DNA from: Ptychomitrium polyphyllum
Lineage: Eukaryota
NCBI GenBank assembly: GCA_973851085.1
Contig: OZ316775.1
Coordinates: forward strand, 7,316,001-7,380,000
Direction: 5' to 3'
Length of the DNA stretch: 64,000 nucleotides
Shown here: piece after piece, positions 1 to 14,957 of the stretch
Layout: the number at the start of each line of letters is the position of its first letter
Numbering within the stretch: the first letter of the stretch is position 1
Made by a program: the position numbers and the translations under genes
Notes under the pieces: generated by a model
Told to the model about the DNA's origin: nothing
Database searches by the model: none
Seen by the model: only the letters and a program-made list of their open reading frames with translations

Positions 1-298
1 TTGACTAGTACATTGTACAGGAGTTTACAAAGCCACTTTCAGTGACTTGCTTCATTTAGTGAATTGCTACTCTTGGAAGGCCTTCTGTACCCTGATCACT
101 GATGGGGAGTGTCCTGGAAATGCCAGACTGCATTATGAGTGTTGATATAAGGATTGTGATAGTACATGTTCATCCATTGTGTGCACAACAGTGCATGTAA
201 TTGGGCAAGAAATGTACACTGCCAGCTTCTCTGAGTAGCAATGAAGAAACTGCAGCATCTATGAACTTCCTAGTTGGTGCAATATTAGACCTGGAGAA

Positions 299-341
299 CC
301 TTCAAACAAGCTTCAAAGAAGCTTCAAACCAGCTTCAAACA
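299..341. repeat. Imperfect 11-bp tandem repeat (AGCTTCAAACA) x~4
   Basis: cttcaaacaagcttcaaagaagcttcaaaccagcttcaaaca. Confidence 0.8.
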
Positions 342-3300
342 AACCCTTGCAGAGGTCATACTGTAACTAAGTCTAGTGTAACACCTCTGAACACCCTTAA
401 AACAATAATTCTCTCATAAAAAAATATGATTAAATTGTCAAAATCTTGTTTTACTAAAGATTGAGGATTTGTGTATTGTCTCACCAATTAAACTCATAGT
501 TTCATGCTTACAATGGCACATCCTCTCACTTTCATTTATTGTTGACTTCCACCTCTTCTTGGTTACAGTAAGTTCATCCAAGTGCTCACAACTATTAAAT
601 TTTAGAATCTGTACAATGCTTATTGAAACATTCACATTGTTTGTTTTCCCTATTTGTATTCTTTTTGTTTTTTTAAGGAAATGAAAGAAAATTCATTGCA
701 AAGGAAGGAAAACAGCCGAGTCTCATTGGCCTGAGGCCCTGTGGTGACTCAGGCCAGACTGTAAGGACTTACAAAAATCTACATAGTTTCACTACACAAA
801 GGATGTCTCAACTAATTTTCAAAAACTCTTTACATTTTTTTGAAGTAAATGAAGATTTCAGTATGCTGTATGTAGTTGGCTCAAATAAGTTCCTCTGTTG
901 TTTTCTGTCAATTGCTAAACAAACTGGACTGTTTTTCATGCACCAGCAGGTTCACTGACACGTTCAAAACTTGGTCGATTCCAAGACCAGCTCATTGCCT
1001 TGAATTCACCTATTCTACCTAGAATGGTACACAGAACAAGGTTCACATCCATTCAGAAGTTGTTCATTAAAGCCCAAGTCCTATTTGACATCAATCACCA
1101 TGATCATTGATGGCATGAATTGATAAGGATCTATTACATTCTCCAACGTAGTATGTTGCCAGTCACTGAAATTGACCACATTCAAAATTTCAGGAATTTG
1201 GGATATGCAAAACATAGAAACAGTGATATTTCCATTTTGGGTGTATTGCATTTGTGGGAAGATTTCTATTTTCTGTTTGTTAAAATTAAATATTTTTTCC
1301 TTTAAATTTAAATCAAATTTTTAAGTTCTACACCTAAATTTAATCCTCCATTGGTTAGGAACCAATGTCCAACAAAGTGAGGTGTCATATGTGGATCCAT
1401 CTTAGAATGTTCTTTAGGATATTCAGTGTCCTACATTTTTGAAGAGGTGAATTTGCATGATCTGTATGTTACCTACATTAGGCTAAGAAATTACAGCTGG
1501 AACTGAGAGTGAATATTGCAATACTCTACCATCACAGTAAATGCATAAGTTATTATAAGCCATGCCTGGCTTGCCAACTGATAATTCAGAGTCCAGTCAT
1601 TCAAGTTTATATAAAATGTTCACATTCAGCACTGGGAAAATTAATAGCAGTAGTTGTGGTTGTACAGAAATTCTTTAGATATAGGAAACATAACCAACTT
1701 GTGACAGGCTTTAGGGTTTATGGTACATCATACGTACCAAATCTTATGGTGTACCATAAATAGGTAGAAAGCAGGGATAAAGAGAGTTCTCCTCTTCATT
1801 CCAGGTTGAACAGTTGCTGGGCATAAAGAATGTAATGTAATGGGAAAGGGGCATCATAAATTAATTTCAGTGACATGGAATAGAAGTTGTGTTACAGCGT
1901 TGGAACTCTACAGTTGATATCAGCAGCCAGTGAGATGGAAGTGGTAACAAGGGAGGCCACATGACATAAATTAGTTGGAGTACAAATGGTATTCTGTAAT
2001 CCATTGGGGACCTAGGTCTCACCCACATTTGCTTCTTCCGGGTTTGACTTTTCAAAGACGCATTCCCGTATTCTCAATCTAACAGCTTAGATTGTGTCCC
2101 CTACAGACAAAATCTTGTACACAGACAATTTGGACTTCATCTATACTAGGATGTTACACAGCAAGCGAGAGGCCCATTGAACTAGATATGGTGTCCTCAC
2201 TGTTATTATTTAGGTTTTGTTTAAGCAACCAAAGAATCTGTAGCTGAAAAAGAAACCCAAAACAACCTTTCTAAAAATCAATGAAGGAGGAACCTGTTGT
2301 TCCTTCTAAGGTTGTGATGGGCAGGGTGATTGTGAGGTTGAGTTCAAGGCCTTATGATACCACTTAATTCTTTAACCTTTCTTTCTACCTAAGATATCAT
2401 AATATATCCAAGTGTTGTTAAATGCTTCTAATAGTGTAATTCTAAGATTGGCAGATTTTTCTAAATTTTCTATGGTTCTATTCCACTTAATTTTATGATA
2501 TTCTACCAAAGCTAGCCATATCAGTACAATGACATGTTGATTCATTGACTTTTCATTTTAAAAAGTCTTGGCATTTATTAGAACCAATTGATCCACATGG
2601 TAATGCTTCAAATTGATATCCAAATTGTTGTGACCAACTTGATTCCATATTAGTGTATCTTTAACAAAAGTAACTTGTTGCTATGAAAACACAAGCCATG
2701 GCTGAAAGCTTTGTTGATGTTATGTCAACTTATAGATAATAGTAGTAGCTCACTTTCATACGTATTTGGAATGGAGACAACTCCAAAACTTGTAATAGAG
2801 TGAAAGAGTGATGAACACCTTGAAGTTCCATATTGTGCATGTAATTATTTAAAAAATATATATCAAATAAAAAAGAACAATTTCTCATAACACACAAATC
2901 ATTTGGAATTTAAAAATGAACTTAAGATCTTTGGAACAACTTCAAAGTGTAGAATAAGATAGATTAGCCATATGTTTCATCTAGTAAAAGATACATATAA
3001 GATATTGAAGATTGAAAAACAAGTCCATTCTTGCTTGATCTTTTTGACATTTAGAATGTATATCTTCATGAAAGGAGCTTAGAAGTTCCTTAATAAATAC
3101 TTTTAATAGTATTAATTTTCTTTAATGCATTCATTGTTCAATTACAAATTGGATCTAAATTTTTATTTTTTTAAATCTTATTTTTGAAGAAGGTTTAAAT
3201 ATTATAAAATTTTCAATTTAATGAAAACACAATCAATTTTACTTGAAATATAATCTAAATTCAAATCCTTCATCTAATTTTTGAATTTTTATTTTAAGTT

Positions 3301-5086
3301 TCTATACATAGTATTAAACAAAAACTTTGTAGTTTCATCTTGTAATCTTGTCATGTTTGTTTGCATACATCATATTTTATTAACATCTATTGTAAAAATT
3401 ATAATCCTAATTATTGGCATATCAAAGATGTGATGGTCGCCCTACTTGTTTAATTTTTTGAAAAAACTCACTTTTGAAAGAAAGATAACAAAATACATTT
3501 TGTATTGATTGTATTTAATACTTACAATAGCAATGAAGTCAAGAAAAGAAACAAAACTAGTGATTTGAAGATATCAATAATTTGAAAGTATTTAATTAAA
3601 AAACTATAATTAATTATTTCATTTATAGTTTAAAAAAAATTATAACTGAACAATGTTTTTAAAAAACACCTTAGAGAAATTAATGAGTAAAAGGATTTTT
3701 AAGGATGTTACATTAATGAATTGAATTTGTAGCAAAATACACTTTTAATTTTTTATCATAAAGCAACATAGAATAAAGTAAGAATTTAAATATATATTGC
3801 TTCAAATTTTAAGGACATGCTAAAAGAATTCAAACCAATAGTTTGAGTCAATACTTCTATATCATAGATTGTACATTTTTTCCCTATATATACAAAAGTG
3901 AAGTGGTAGCTTCAAATTGCATGTAACCTTGAAGATCTTCAATTACCACACCACCACAATTATATACATGCTTTGAAATCATTAAACAAAATGATCATAT
4001 GCTCCATTTGGTCCAATGTAGGAAATACTCTTTATATAATGTTGATACCAATAAAAGCCTTGTATAGTATTACTATCAATATATATACCATAGTATACAT
4101 ATGCATGTATATGATTTACTTTTGATCATGTTCCTTTTATTCCTTAACACATCTTTACCATTATGCATGAAATACAATTTAATATTATTCACATTATCTT
4201 TCAACAACAATATTATTTGACTTTTTGAAGGCATAAGGTTATTGTTTTTTTTCTAATATTTCAATTTAAAATCATAATTGACAAGTGGTGTGTTTTTATA
4301 TGAACAATATAATTTTTTTTTTTTATCATTTGTAAATAAATTTCAATAAATGACATTAATTACTGTTCAATAATAAATTACAATTTTAATGTACCAAATT
4401 GGTAGATTATTTTTATTTACATAGATTAATTAATATGATTTACCTTAAGGGAGGAGGGAACATTAATTCATAATTATAGCCTTTATTCCAAACAAACAAT
4501 GCTTTGAATCTTAATTGAACAAATAATTCAAATCATTTCTTCTTGTTAAATTAGAAGCATTCTTTTTTTCTTATTATTGCTAATTTGAACCCAAAATATA
4601 CTCCCTTATAAATTTGGTACAAAAATGTAACATTTTTACATCTTCCTACAATAATAACTTCCATTGTATAAAGTGCAATGTTGATTTTGTATTGCATACA
4701 TGTTTCAAATTCTCCTACAATACACCTTCACAACTCATACCAATTTGAAAATCCTTCATTGTGCATACAATTTTAAGAATTAGAATTTAGATATTGTTTG
4801 GTTGGAACAAGCATCATGACTTCATAATTTTCTATACCAAATTCAAAAACTTAAGGTTCTATATAATGCCAACAATGACCAAAATAAGATCATAGTGCGT
4901 AAAATTAAATATATTTTTAAATCTTCACAGCATACAACACTATTTGGAGTAAAAAGATGAGCCCCAATTTGTTAAAATGGAATTATGACATACAAAATGA
5001 TTGTTTTTTAAAGTGGTGAAGAAATGAACAAGCTATAGCAGATTGAAGTATGAACATTAAAAATTCAGTAAATTTGTATGTCTAAA

Positions 5087-5155
5087 TTATCAAGTCACTA
5101 TACTAGACCTTATCAAGTCACTATACTAGACCTTATCAAGTCACTATACTAAACC
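5087..5155. repeat. Tandem repeat, 23-bp unit x3 (TTATCAAGTCACTATACTAGACC)
   Basis: Copies at 5087, 5110 and 5133; the third has one mismatch. Confidence 0.95.
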
Positions 5156-5583
5156 CGTATTTTCAGACATTCAATGGCACATACCTTCACCATCATTTGG
5201 CGTTTATTTCTCCCTCTCCATGGTGAGGGGGAGTTACTGCAAGTCCTGAATCCTGAAGAACGTTAAGGTGGATTGTAAATGATAAACTGTGAAGCCAGGT
5301 TTCTGGGGGGACAATGGGCTTGTGCTGGAGGCCTTCCCCCTGTAAATGCGTAACTAACAGGGCATGTGAAGGCCTCCTATCTGGACAACCATGATCGTGA
5401 CCCCCCCAGTTTGGCTTCATTCAAATTTTAGCAACTCCCAACTTGCAGTTCTAGCACAAGATGCGCAGCCATTTCAGCTCGGCCCCACCGGCGCTCGTCA
5501 AGTTGTCATACTGTACGTTGTGTGTCTGTCAACTTCCTCGTCGAGTCATCGGCCGTTTCTATTTTAACACAATTGGCTCCTGG

Positions 5584-5610
5584 TCTGAACTGTTCTGAAC
5601 TGTTCTGAAC
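5584..5610. repeat. Tandem repeat, 10-bp unit (TCTGAACTGT) x~2.7
   Basis: Read directly from the sequence. Confidence 0.85.
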
Positions 5611-8600
5611 CGAACAATGTGCCTCGAGAGAGGGATCGGCATCTGAAGTGGAGAATGTCGACTACCCTCGCAGGTACACTGAAACTGCAAGTTAGAATGG
5701 TCCATGAGATAATGTGCACTCACCACATGATAGTTTATAAAACTGTATGGATGGTGATTTCGAAGTCTACATTATTCAACAATCATGTTCTAAAATCATG
5801 TGGAATCTTAAATAGTGTGTGTCGCATTAAATTTAAAAATTAGTGCATGATTCAAGCGTTTGTTCTGTCTTATGAAGCCTGGTGGATCAGAAAGTGGCAT
5901 TTTGAAAATATAGTATTTTGAATCTTCAAGTGTTTTTGATTTTATAAGATTACAACATTGTGAACTCTGTTTTTTATAATTCTTTTAATATATTTTCTTG
6001 AAAAGTTCAATATTTTGCTTGTAATGAACTTAAGAAGAATTTTTTGGAATCAAAGTTTCAATTGAGAATATTTTTTTAAAATTAAGAACTTTGTATTATT
6101 CTTCCCGTAATTTATAAAAAATCATTTTAATTCTTCAAATTAGAAATGGTTTGGATCTTTAGGAGATTGTTTCTATGGCTCACTATGGATTCTGGCATGT
6201 TCTACAATAGACTTTGGTTTAACAATCTTTTTTAAAATTGAGTGTTATACTACCTACTTTAGTTAGGAAAAAAATAAGTTTTTTTGAAGTTGCTAAATTT
6301 GTAAGAAGTTTTATATTAATTTTTAAATTTTTTTAAATTTTTTTTTAAGAATGAAGCAACAAGCATCTAATTTATAAAAAATTATTGCAAAAAGGAATCT
6401 TAAAGGTTTTAGCTTCCACATTTCACACTACAATCTTGTCATATTATATACATGGTAAATGTACGGCCTTTCCAAGTGAAGTTCTATGAATATATGATAA
6501 ACCAAAGGACCTATTTAATTGCAAAGTCATATGTTCTTTTTTACCATAAATTTCTAAATCTACCTTAAAGATTAAAAAATGGTAAATTATTAAAAAATTT
6601 AACTTATATTATTAATAAAAATACATATATTATATAAATATTTAATAAATTATTGACATTAAAATATATTTGATAGAAATTACTTCAATAGTTGATGTGT
6701 TATGTTAACAAACATTGAGTGCTTTAAACCTCCAATTACATTATGTTATTGTAGAACTATTGAATTTTTTGATTGCCATAGAATAAATTGAATCTCGTCC
6801 CAAAAGAACCATTCAAATACCATTAAATTTATTGTAATCTATTACATTCAATATGACACTTTGTAAGAAAATATTGAGACTTCAAAGATACTTATGTTTA
6901 TTGTGCTTCATTAATCCACCCAAGGCCTAGATCGAGGATTGTAAAATAAACTATAATCTATATTTAAATGTGTCATATTGTTCAATGAATTAATGAATTT
7001 AAGGTTAAAAACCCATTTTGTAGATAAATGAATATGTCAATTAGAGGAAATAATTTATTTGTACTAATCTTAAAAAAACAATTTTAAAATAAAATGTACT
7101 AAATTTGTAATACCAACTCAATATTTATTTTAAAGTAATCTTCTAAAAGATGAAATTGAAATAGAAGCTAAAATTAAAAGAAAAAAAAGTCGTCATATTA
7201 GTTATATTCAAATGCATAAACAATACTACAGATAATCAAACTTGTGATTTAATAGTAAAAAGCCAAAATTACCAAAATATAATACAATGTGTTTGGAATT
7301 CAATAATTAAAGATATTAATCATACATGAAATTCTATTATGCACATTAAAAAAAATCATATATATTCTTAAAATAATAATAAAATAATTACAATGTCAAA
7401 TGAGTTCATTTTGTTGTTTGACTTTAGATCAACAATCTAAGGAATTTAAGCCTTCTATTGGTAGAAAGCTCATGAAGCATAGGCAAGGACTCCATAACAA
7501 CCTCCTTTGCATTAATTTGTTTATTCAATAAGGTACACTATGACATTTGATTCTAATGATCATGGCTTGTTTCCACCTTTAGTTTTCATTGGCTTATTTC
7601 CACCATCAAACCACCTTACAAGTTTAGAAGTAATCTTATATAAGTCTCTTGTTAAAGGCATTGTTTTTAAATCTCTTTGTATAGCAGCTTTCTGGCCATT
7701 GTCATGATGTAAAATGGTCAAAAATCAAGTTGTTTATCTTCATGTGTATTTGTAACTAATTAATGCAACTACACTTAAGTTTTCATAGTCATACCATATA
7801 ACTTCAAAATTCAACTATTTAAAGTAATTGCTCTTAATTTGCAAGGTTGCTAGACCTCTTTTTTTTTAACATTTTGTTATCTTGAACTTTGCAAGTTCTT
7901 GACTTGAAACTTTACATACAAATAAATGAACTTGTTTTAATTACTTGGTTCTGGCTAGAGGTAGAAAAATGAAACATTGAAGTAAAAGGGTTCCAAAAAC
8001 AAAAGCAACTAAAATGAAAGAACTTCAGAGACTTAGTTATTGGAAAAACACTATGATCATGATTGCAAATTCTTAAAGATTCCTTTTTACAAACTCTATT
8101 TATAATGAGTCAAAAATGTTAGCGCATTGAATTCATGAGTTGTAAAAAACGAATCTAAATATTTTCAACATCTTGAAGTAGTGTTGATATTTGTATGTCA
8201 TTTTGAGAAAGAATATGCTGAGTCTTGAGAGGAGGGTAAGGAAGTTTATTAGCTATGTGAGAACAGACACAACTAGGCCAATTTATGGAAGAATAATGGC
8301 ACTTGATGGGAGAATTTGGTTTGGATGACAATTTGAATAAAATCGGAGGTTGCTTTGGGGAAATTAAGATATAAGAAGCATTTTGAAAGACCTCGAATAG
8401 CTATGGAAAAAAACCCAAATGCTTTCCTGAACACACCACATTCTTCATGAGAATTTGGATGTGATTTTTTATGCATGCAAGCTCCTAAATATAATCTTGC
8501 TACATTCAAGTGCTCTAGAATCCTACTTGTCACCTGCCAGTTTGACTTGGAATCATTTTGGAACAAAATCCATGCCAAGAAGGAGATGTTGACAAACAAT

Positions 8601-11054
8601 TCATAATTTGGACCTTAGCAAGCCTTTGAGATCAACCAAGTTATTTATTATGACAATAACCTAATTAAGTACAAAACCTTTTCAATACATATGAATGGTC
8701 TGGGCATCCTTCAGTTTTTGTTTTGGTTTTTGAACATAATAATTGTATGATTGATACCATTTGGAGAGCCATTTTGAAGTGTGGTCAACTACTGTAACAA
8801 AAGGATCTTGTTGACAGATTATGAAATCCTCCAAGCAGCATCATCAAGTTTTAGGTGGTTTCAACAAAATTTGCATGTGTAAACAAATTTTTAAAGAATG
8901 CTATCACCGCCCCTTTTGTTCCAAAACAGAACAATCATTACTAAATAGATTTACGATATTCGTTCCCGAAAACAATCAATTAGTTAAAAAAATTATAAAA
9001 TTATAAACTCTATATTATTTTATTTTAAAAATAGGTGTAAGAAGTTAGAACTTCTCGACAAGTAACATTTTATTGGTATAGGAGGAATTTAATTGCCGCA
9101 GGGGTACTAGTTATTTATTGTTACATTATTAATCAGCAATGGTGATATTCTTTCGAAATTGAAAGGTCTTGCTATATTGTAGAAGTAGCTTGACATGTCA
9201 TTTTGAACAATTGGAAGACTTCACCATTCCCAAAACATTCAGTCCCTTTTGTCTGAATATGGGAGCTTGTATGACTTTAAGATTCAATGTCCAATATGAT
9301 AAATATCTTGAATTTTGATTCCCAAGCAACTTTCACCTAATTCTTAAGAGTTTTATGAACATGTTCATATATAAATGATTATGTGTAAAATAAAGTGATA
9401 TTTTTAGAAGATATGCCAGACCGTATTGAAAAAGTCAGAATTTGAAATTATGGGATTTAGTAACTTAATGAATTTACAAACATACATGATTTTCTGTTTC
9501 AGAAAATAGTAAAGGAGTTTTGACATCCTATTGAAAATGAATATAGTGCTTATGTGGCAATAAAGGATTGTGTTTGTTGAGCTACCATCCTAATATGTAT
9601 ATACATGTATATATATGCGTATGTATATACATACATATGAACATTTGCAACAAAGTAATGAACTTGTTAAACAAACAATTTTATTGGTACATAAAATCAA
9701 TCTTTGAATCATTAAATGTGTCAATCCAAAAAAATTTGTATCTATTTTAAAGCTTCTAAATACATCCATCAAGTAGGAATAAAAGAATTAAATAAATTTA
9801 CCTTTATTGGATTCTAAATTACATACTATTGATTCCTTTTATTGTAATTGAAAGATAAATTTGTTTAAGTGATTCCAAAGTAATCGTTGAAATTAAAAAA
9901 TTAATTATAGTATTTATATAAAATTAAAAGTTAAATTTTTTTATCACTTGATAAGAAGCTAGGCTTATGTTGTGCATTATTTTGTATATACGTTTGTATT
10001 GGAATGAAAAGATGGTGAATAAAACTATGGATCTTAATATAATTAAATAAACTATGATATTACAAACCGTATTGGCTAAGAAAATGGAACTTTATACTCT
10101 ATTAAGTATCTTCTCTAATACTTTGTGTGTTAAAGCATGGTAATTATATTTGAAATCAATAGTTATTGAAGATGGTTTTTTTGTAATATTATATGCAATT
10201 AAAAAATAAAAGGCAAAAATGACATCATGGTTATGATTTCACATAGTTTTAAAATGTTCAAAGGCAATTTTCTTCCTTTATAAATTAAAATAACTTATTC
10301 CAAAGTAAAAAGCTTTGAAATAGAATGATCTTTATCTTTGAAATTTGAATTTGAATTTGAATTTATTTAATATCTCTATTATCTATATGAATTTAGCCCC
10401 TTAAAAGATGGTTCTTGAGCCTCTTCCGCCATTTGAAGGCTAACTACACTAACTCATTATAGGAGTTCTTACCTCAAACTACAATTTCATGGTTATACAA
10501 TTTCTAAAAAGCTTCATAAATATTTCATTTTAGTTTTATATCTTAGGTACAATGTTAAATAAGATAAGAAAAACTACTACCGCCTTCATTTTGTGATGAC
10601 TATCTAAAAAAAGATCAAAAACTACCAAGAATATGTTCAATAACAATCAAAGGTAAAATGGGATAAACAACATGTGAAATAATGGTGGTAATAGGACGAA
10701 ATTTGATTGCAAATTTGTGAAACGGTTGTAAATGGAAAAGAAAAGTGGATTTATACTAGAATTAAAGAAAATCATGTGATGGACATAGGCTTGGCACATT
10801 GTGATTTTAAAATAAAATTATAGTAATTACACATACATGAAGGGGTGATTACTAGTTCTTTTTTGGGCAATAAATGGGCTGATTTATGTGTGGATTTTGA
10901 ACTTCTGCAAAACACTTTTTGAAATTCATAATTGATTTAAATTTGATAGAAGTGACAATTCGTCCTGTATCTGTTTCCAAAATTTTGCATCTACAATATA
11001 AAAAATAAGATAATTTCTAAAAACCTATAAATAGAGGTGAGAATTTAGCATCAC

Positions 11055-11084
<30 letters not shown>
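11055..11084. repeat. (GGGTAT)5 microsatellite
   Basis: Five perfect hexamer copies. Confidence 0.95.
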
Positions 11085-11085
<1 letters not shown>

Positions 11086-14000
11086 CTAACCTCAATTTTG
11101 TATGTACACTACGCGAAAAGACAGTATTGCAAATGATAATTTTATTTAATATTTTCAAGAAAAGTTGGAAACCTTTTTGATTCTAATAATTGTACAGTTT
11201 GTGAACCCTAAAAATCAAAAGTAATCTAATGACCAGATTCTCTAACAAGATGTCCATCTGTCTAAACTTTCAAAAAACCGAATTCCAACACTAGCTGTCC
11301 AAAGCTGCCTTCCCCAACACCCTACAACTTAAGTCATCAGAGTTTAAATCATCTTCAAATTTTGAAGCGCTCTGGCAAGTTGAGGCAGTCAAGAAGGTGG
11401 CAGTTTCCAGATTCCTTCTTCTTAATTACAAATCTTTGTGAATGATGCACATAACCTGCTGCCTTGCAAGTCATGTTCAAATTTCCAGAGTCAGGGTATC
11501 CTCAATATGCAATCCAAATAAGAAGCAAAATCTGGTATCCAAGAAGAAATAGCCCCATTGCATCATAGCAAAACCGCACCTGCCAGGCTTTATGTTCTCT
11601 TGTGCAGCTCCGCAGACAACTGCATCCAGTGGAGCAACCTTGAACTCTCCAATGCCTCCATTGGGATACACAACCAGCCTAGATGTCACGCCCAGCACAG
11701 CATAATGGAATGGCTCAATCATTCAATGCGTAGACAACTTGTTGAGGGCTCATTAGAATGCATTTGTCCCCTTTGATCAGCACATCTGTAAGAGACTGTT
11801 TTCTAATGACAGTAAGGTTGAAGATTTGAAGCCTTCTTGTTGCAATGAGCTTTTTCATTTGCTTCATTCTTCATTTGCTTTCACTTGGAGTCACAACTCC
11901 ATTGGAATGAAGCGTTTTCCCATGACTTTAGCATTTCATATTTTACTAAAAAGTTTAAGGTTATTAAAAGCCCTTATTGAAAGTCTATATTAAATATGTT
12001 CCATAATCTTGGAAATTTTCATACAAAATTTATAAGGATGGAAACTTACTCACTCCTATTTGTAGAAGATCAAAATCTTGTTTTGATTCGAGGATTTGTA
12101 AAGATTTCTTTGAAGTATAACTTAATGATATAATTAAAGTAGATACTTAAATAAGGATTGTAGGTTTTGATTTGTAGCTCACAATTGTATAGTTAAATCA
12201 ACATTTTAAATGTTTTGTTACAAGCAAAGTTCTTCAAAAAAATAAAATGTTACCACATTTTTTTGGCAATTTAAAAAAAAAAAGGTTTGAATGTTCCTTA
12301 GTACGGTCATTTATGGAATTTTGTTTATGAACTTTTAAATGAAACATATTTGAAAGGAGTGGCATTGATTTTTTTGAAAGATAAAACCAACAAACATTAA
12401 GATTGAACAAAAACAAAGGAAATCCATCTCTTAAACAATGAATTGTTCATTGAGCCATCAATGACCTCATTTTGACAAGACAATATTTGAATTAAAATCT
12501 CCAAAGGTTTTGGCTTCTGATACTCTCAATCTATCAATTCTACAAAATTAACATAGATACATATTAACATTTCAACCATCCAAGGCATGGCAAATTTTTT
12601 ATTTCAATCTACAGAATACTGATTTGTTAGATTTTACTTACCAGATTCAATCCTTTGATAGAAGCCATTTGTAGTTTTGATAACTGCAACATTCAATTTC
12701 AAGATGCATTGTCTTTAAAAAGAAATTCATCACAATTGGAAACAGTTACAACCAATGATTTTTATAATAAAGATTGTATCTTGGTTCAAAAATGTTACAA
12801 AGATTGCTAAATTTTTGAAAGAAAACAGATTTGCATATAAACTGGGTAATACAAGATATGACTAAAGCTATTTAAAGAAATATTTGAAATATTTTGCTTT
12901 TGAAGTTTTGAGTATTCAAATATAAAAGTATGTAACATATTACAATATTAATTTGCATATGGCATAGATTTGTCTCTTACATGGTTCTAAGTGCATCTAA
13001 TCTCAAATCCTATTACTCAATTATTCCAACTTTAAGAATTTGCTAGAAATTTATGCTAGATTTTTAAAACACAACTTTCTCAAAATTTAAAGAATAAATA
13101 AAAGTTGCGTATAAGTTGCAATGTAATAGCCATTGCATACTTAGTTACATAAGTTGCATTGTGTGCATTATTAATATGAATTTTGCATGTGTGCTGAATT
13201 GCCAACACTCTCATCTCTAAAATTGTTGATTTTAGGATCCTTTGAGGTAGGAAATCCATAAAGCAATCACAACCTCCTTGCTGATTTGTAAAAATTCCTA
13301 AAACGATGAAATAAATGAGTCTAAACTACGTTCTTGGAGTTTAGTTTGAACCTTCAACTTCCTTCATTTGCTCTATTTTGGCCTGTTGCAAGGAGCAACA
13401 ATAATAGATTTGTAGAATCATATGGTTGAGGTTTTGGGGCAATTCACACAACAACCAGTAGGCTTCACACAAATTTTTGCTCTAGAGCTTACAGTGATTT
13501 CATTCTTAGAAATAAAAACTGAAAAAAACTTGTAATCTTCACAATGTCTGGTTTCTGTACCATGGTAGCTATTAGTTTATGGACATTCAACCTTACCTTG
13601 GAAGAGGCCACACGGGACAGTGGAGGCACTATGCTGCATCAGTTGGTATTAGCAATTACTGGTGGTGGCAGGCATAAGTCCGCTGTGCACCCATCTGACA
13701 AAATAATATATGCTTAAGAATGGTCAAGTCATCATGATTTTATTCCATGCAGCAGGCAGTAGAAGCAGGATTGATAGTGTCATGCTGAGGTGGGTGTAAG
13801 TTATTGTACTTCAGCTTCAGTCTCCAGTTCAATATATGATGCAGCAGCTGCAAACAGTAGATACTTCCATAAGTAGTAAACCTCTATATCATTGGCAAGC
13901 AAGTTAGTTATGAATGGGCCAGACATGGAAGACCTGGTGTCCAAAACCTGCTGCGGGTAGCGGCCCTAGGCTCAGATTGTCTGCACTCTATGATGAGTGC

Positions 14001-14957
14001 GATGTACATTTTCAACCTTGGGCCTCATGGATTTGGGGAATTGCAACCTCTGTGTAGCTTGGCTTTGTTTTTGCCTGGGAGTGCATGTGCAAGGCATGTG
14101 ATGAGTATATTCAAGGTTCCTTGAAGTGGAGACTGCAACATGCACAGCTTGGTCAGTAATGACTCAATTGTTTCAGAAGTTTGTACAAGGGGCACTCTCT
14201 TCCTATCACTCATGGCAGCTCACCCTGGTCAACATACAAGTTTGAACTTTGAAGCTGTTCTAACACAGATGCCAAGTAACAGAACATGGTTTGGCCATAT
14301 CTTTCCTGACAATAATTCTTTTAACTGAAGTGTGTTGAACAATATTTTTAGATTTTCTGGAATTCGGTTCATAATTTAAAAATAAACAAATCTGGTATTG
14401 TATAATACAATGATGTTGGGCATTACACATCCAATGGCCCATTCAAGAATCAATGAACCTCGAATTTGACCCAAGTCAATGCCTCCAAATGGAGAAAAAA
14501 ATATTTCAAGTGACTTTTTAGTGACCTCTTTATTTACCTCTTTAGCCATCTTTTCAAACATTCTTTATTAAGGAATAGGTTTCATTGTACAAAGGTACAA
14601 TTTCAACAATTTAAAAAAATCAAATATTGAAGGAATTTGTGTGTTAAACCAAATTCAAGCCTTCATACATTCACTAGTATACACAATTTTCATTTTTGTT
14701 TTCATTTATAATTGATTTCCTAAAATCATTATGGAAGTGAATTACTTCAAGTGTCAATTAATGCTATGGAATAAACAAAGGTTGTCTATGTAATTTTTTT
14801 GTTTTTAAACTAGATGTCTAATGAGCTCTAATGTTCCTTTGGTAAGGATCAACAACATCTTCAGTATTAAAAGGATATTTTATAAAATATTCAATTTAAG
14901 TATATTATTACACAACTTCCATGTTAGAAGGCCGTGGTGGTGCTATGTCATGATGTA

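Noticed and set aside
170..200. Minus-strand MHCCAH, like the hAT CxxH motif
   Set aside because: No following xLNL motif or other hAT block; stop three codons later.
2960..3000. Minus-strand LLLDETYG, like a Mutator transposase first-Asp motif
   Set aside because: Immediately followed by a stop; flanks unrecognisable.
11107..11120. CACTACGCGAAAAG resembling a CACTA left terminus
   Set aside because: No matching right end (…GTAGTG plus 3-bp duplication) found in the window.
11477..11722. Minus ORF with FHYAVLGV...QENIKPGRCGFAMM, faintly Ulp1-protease-like
   Set aside because: His-Cys spacing is too short and the DS motif is absent; unsupported without a profile search.
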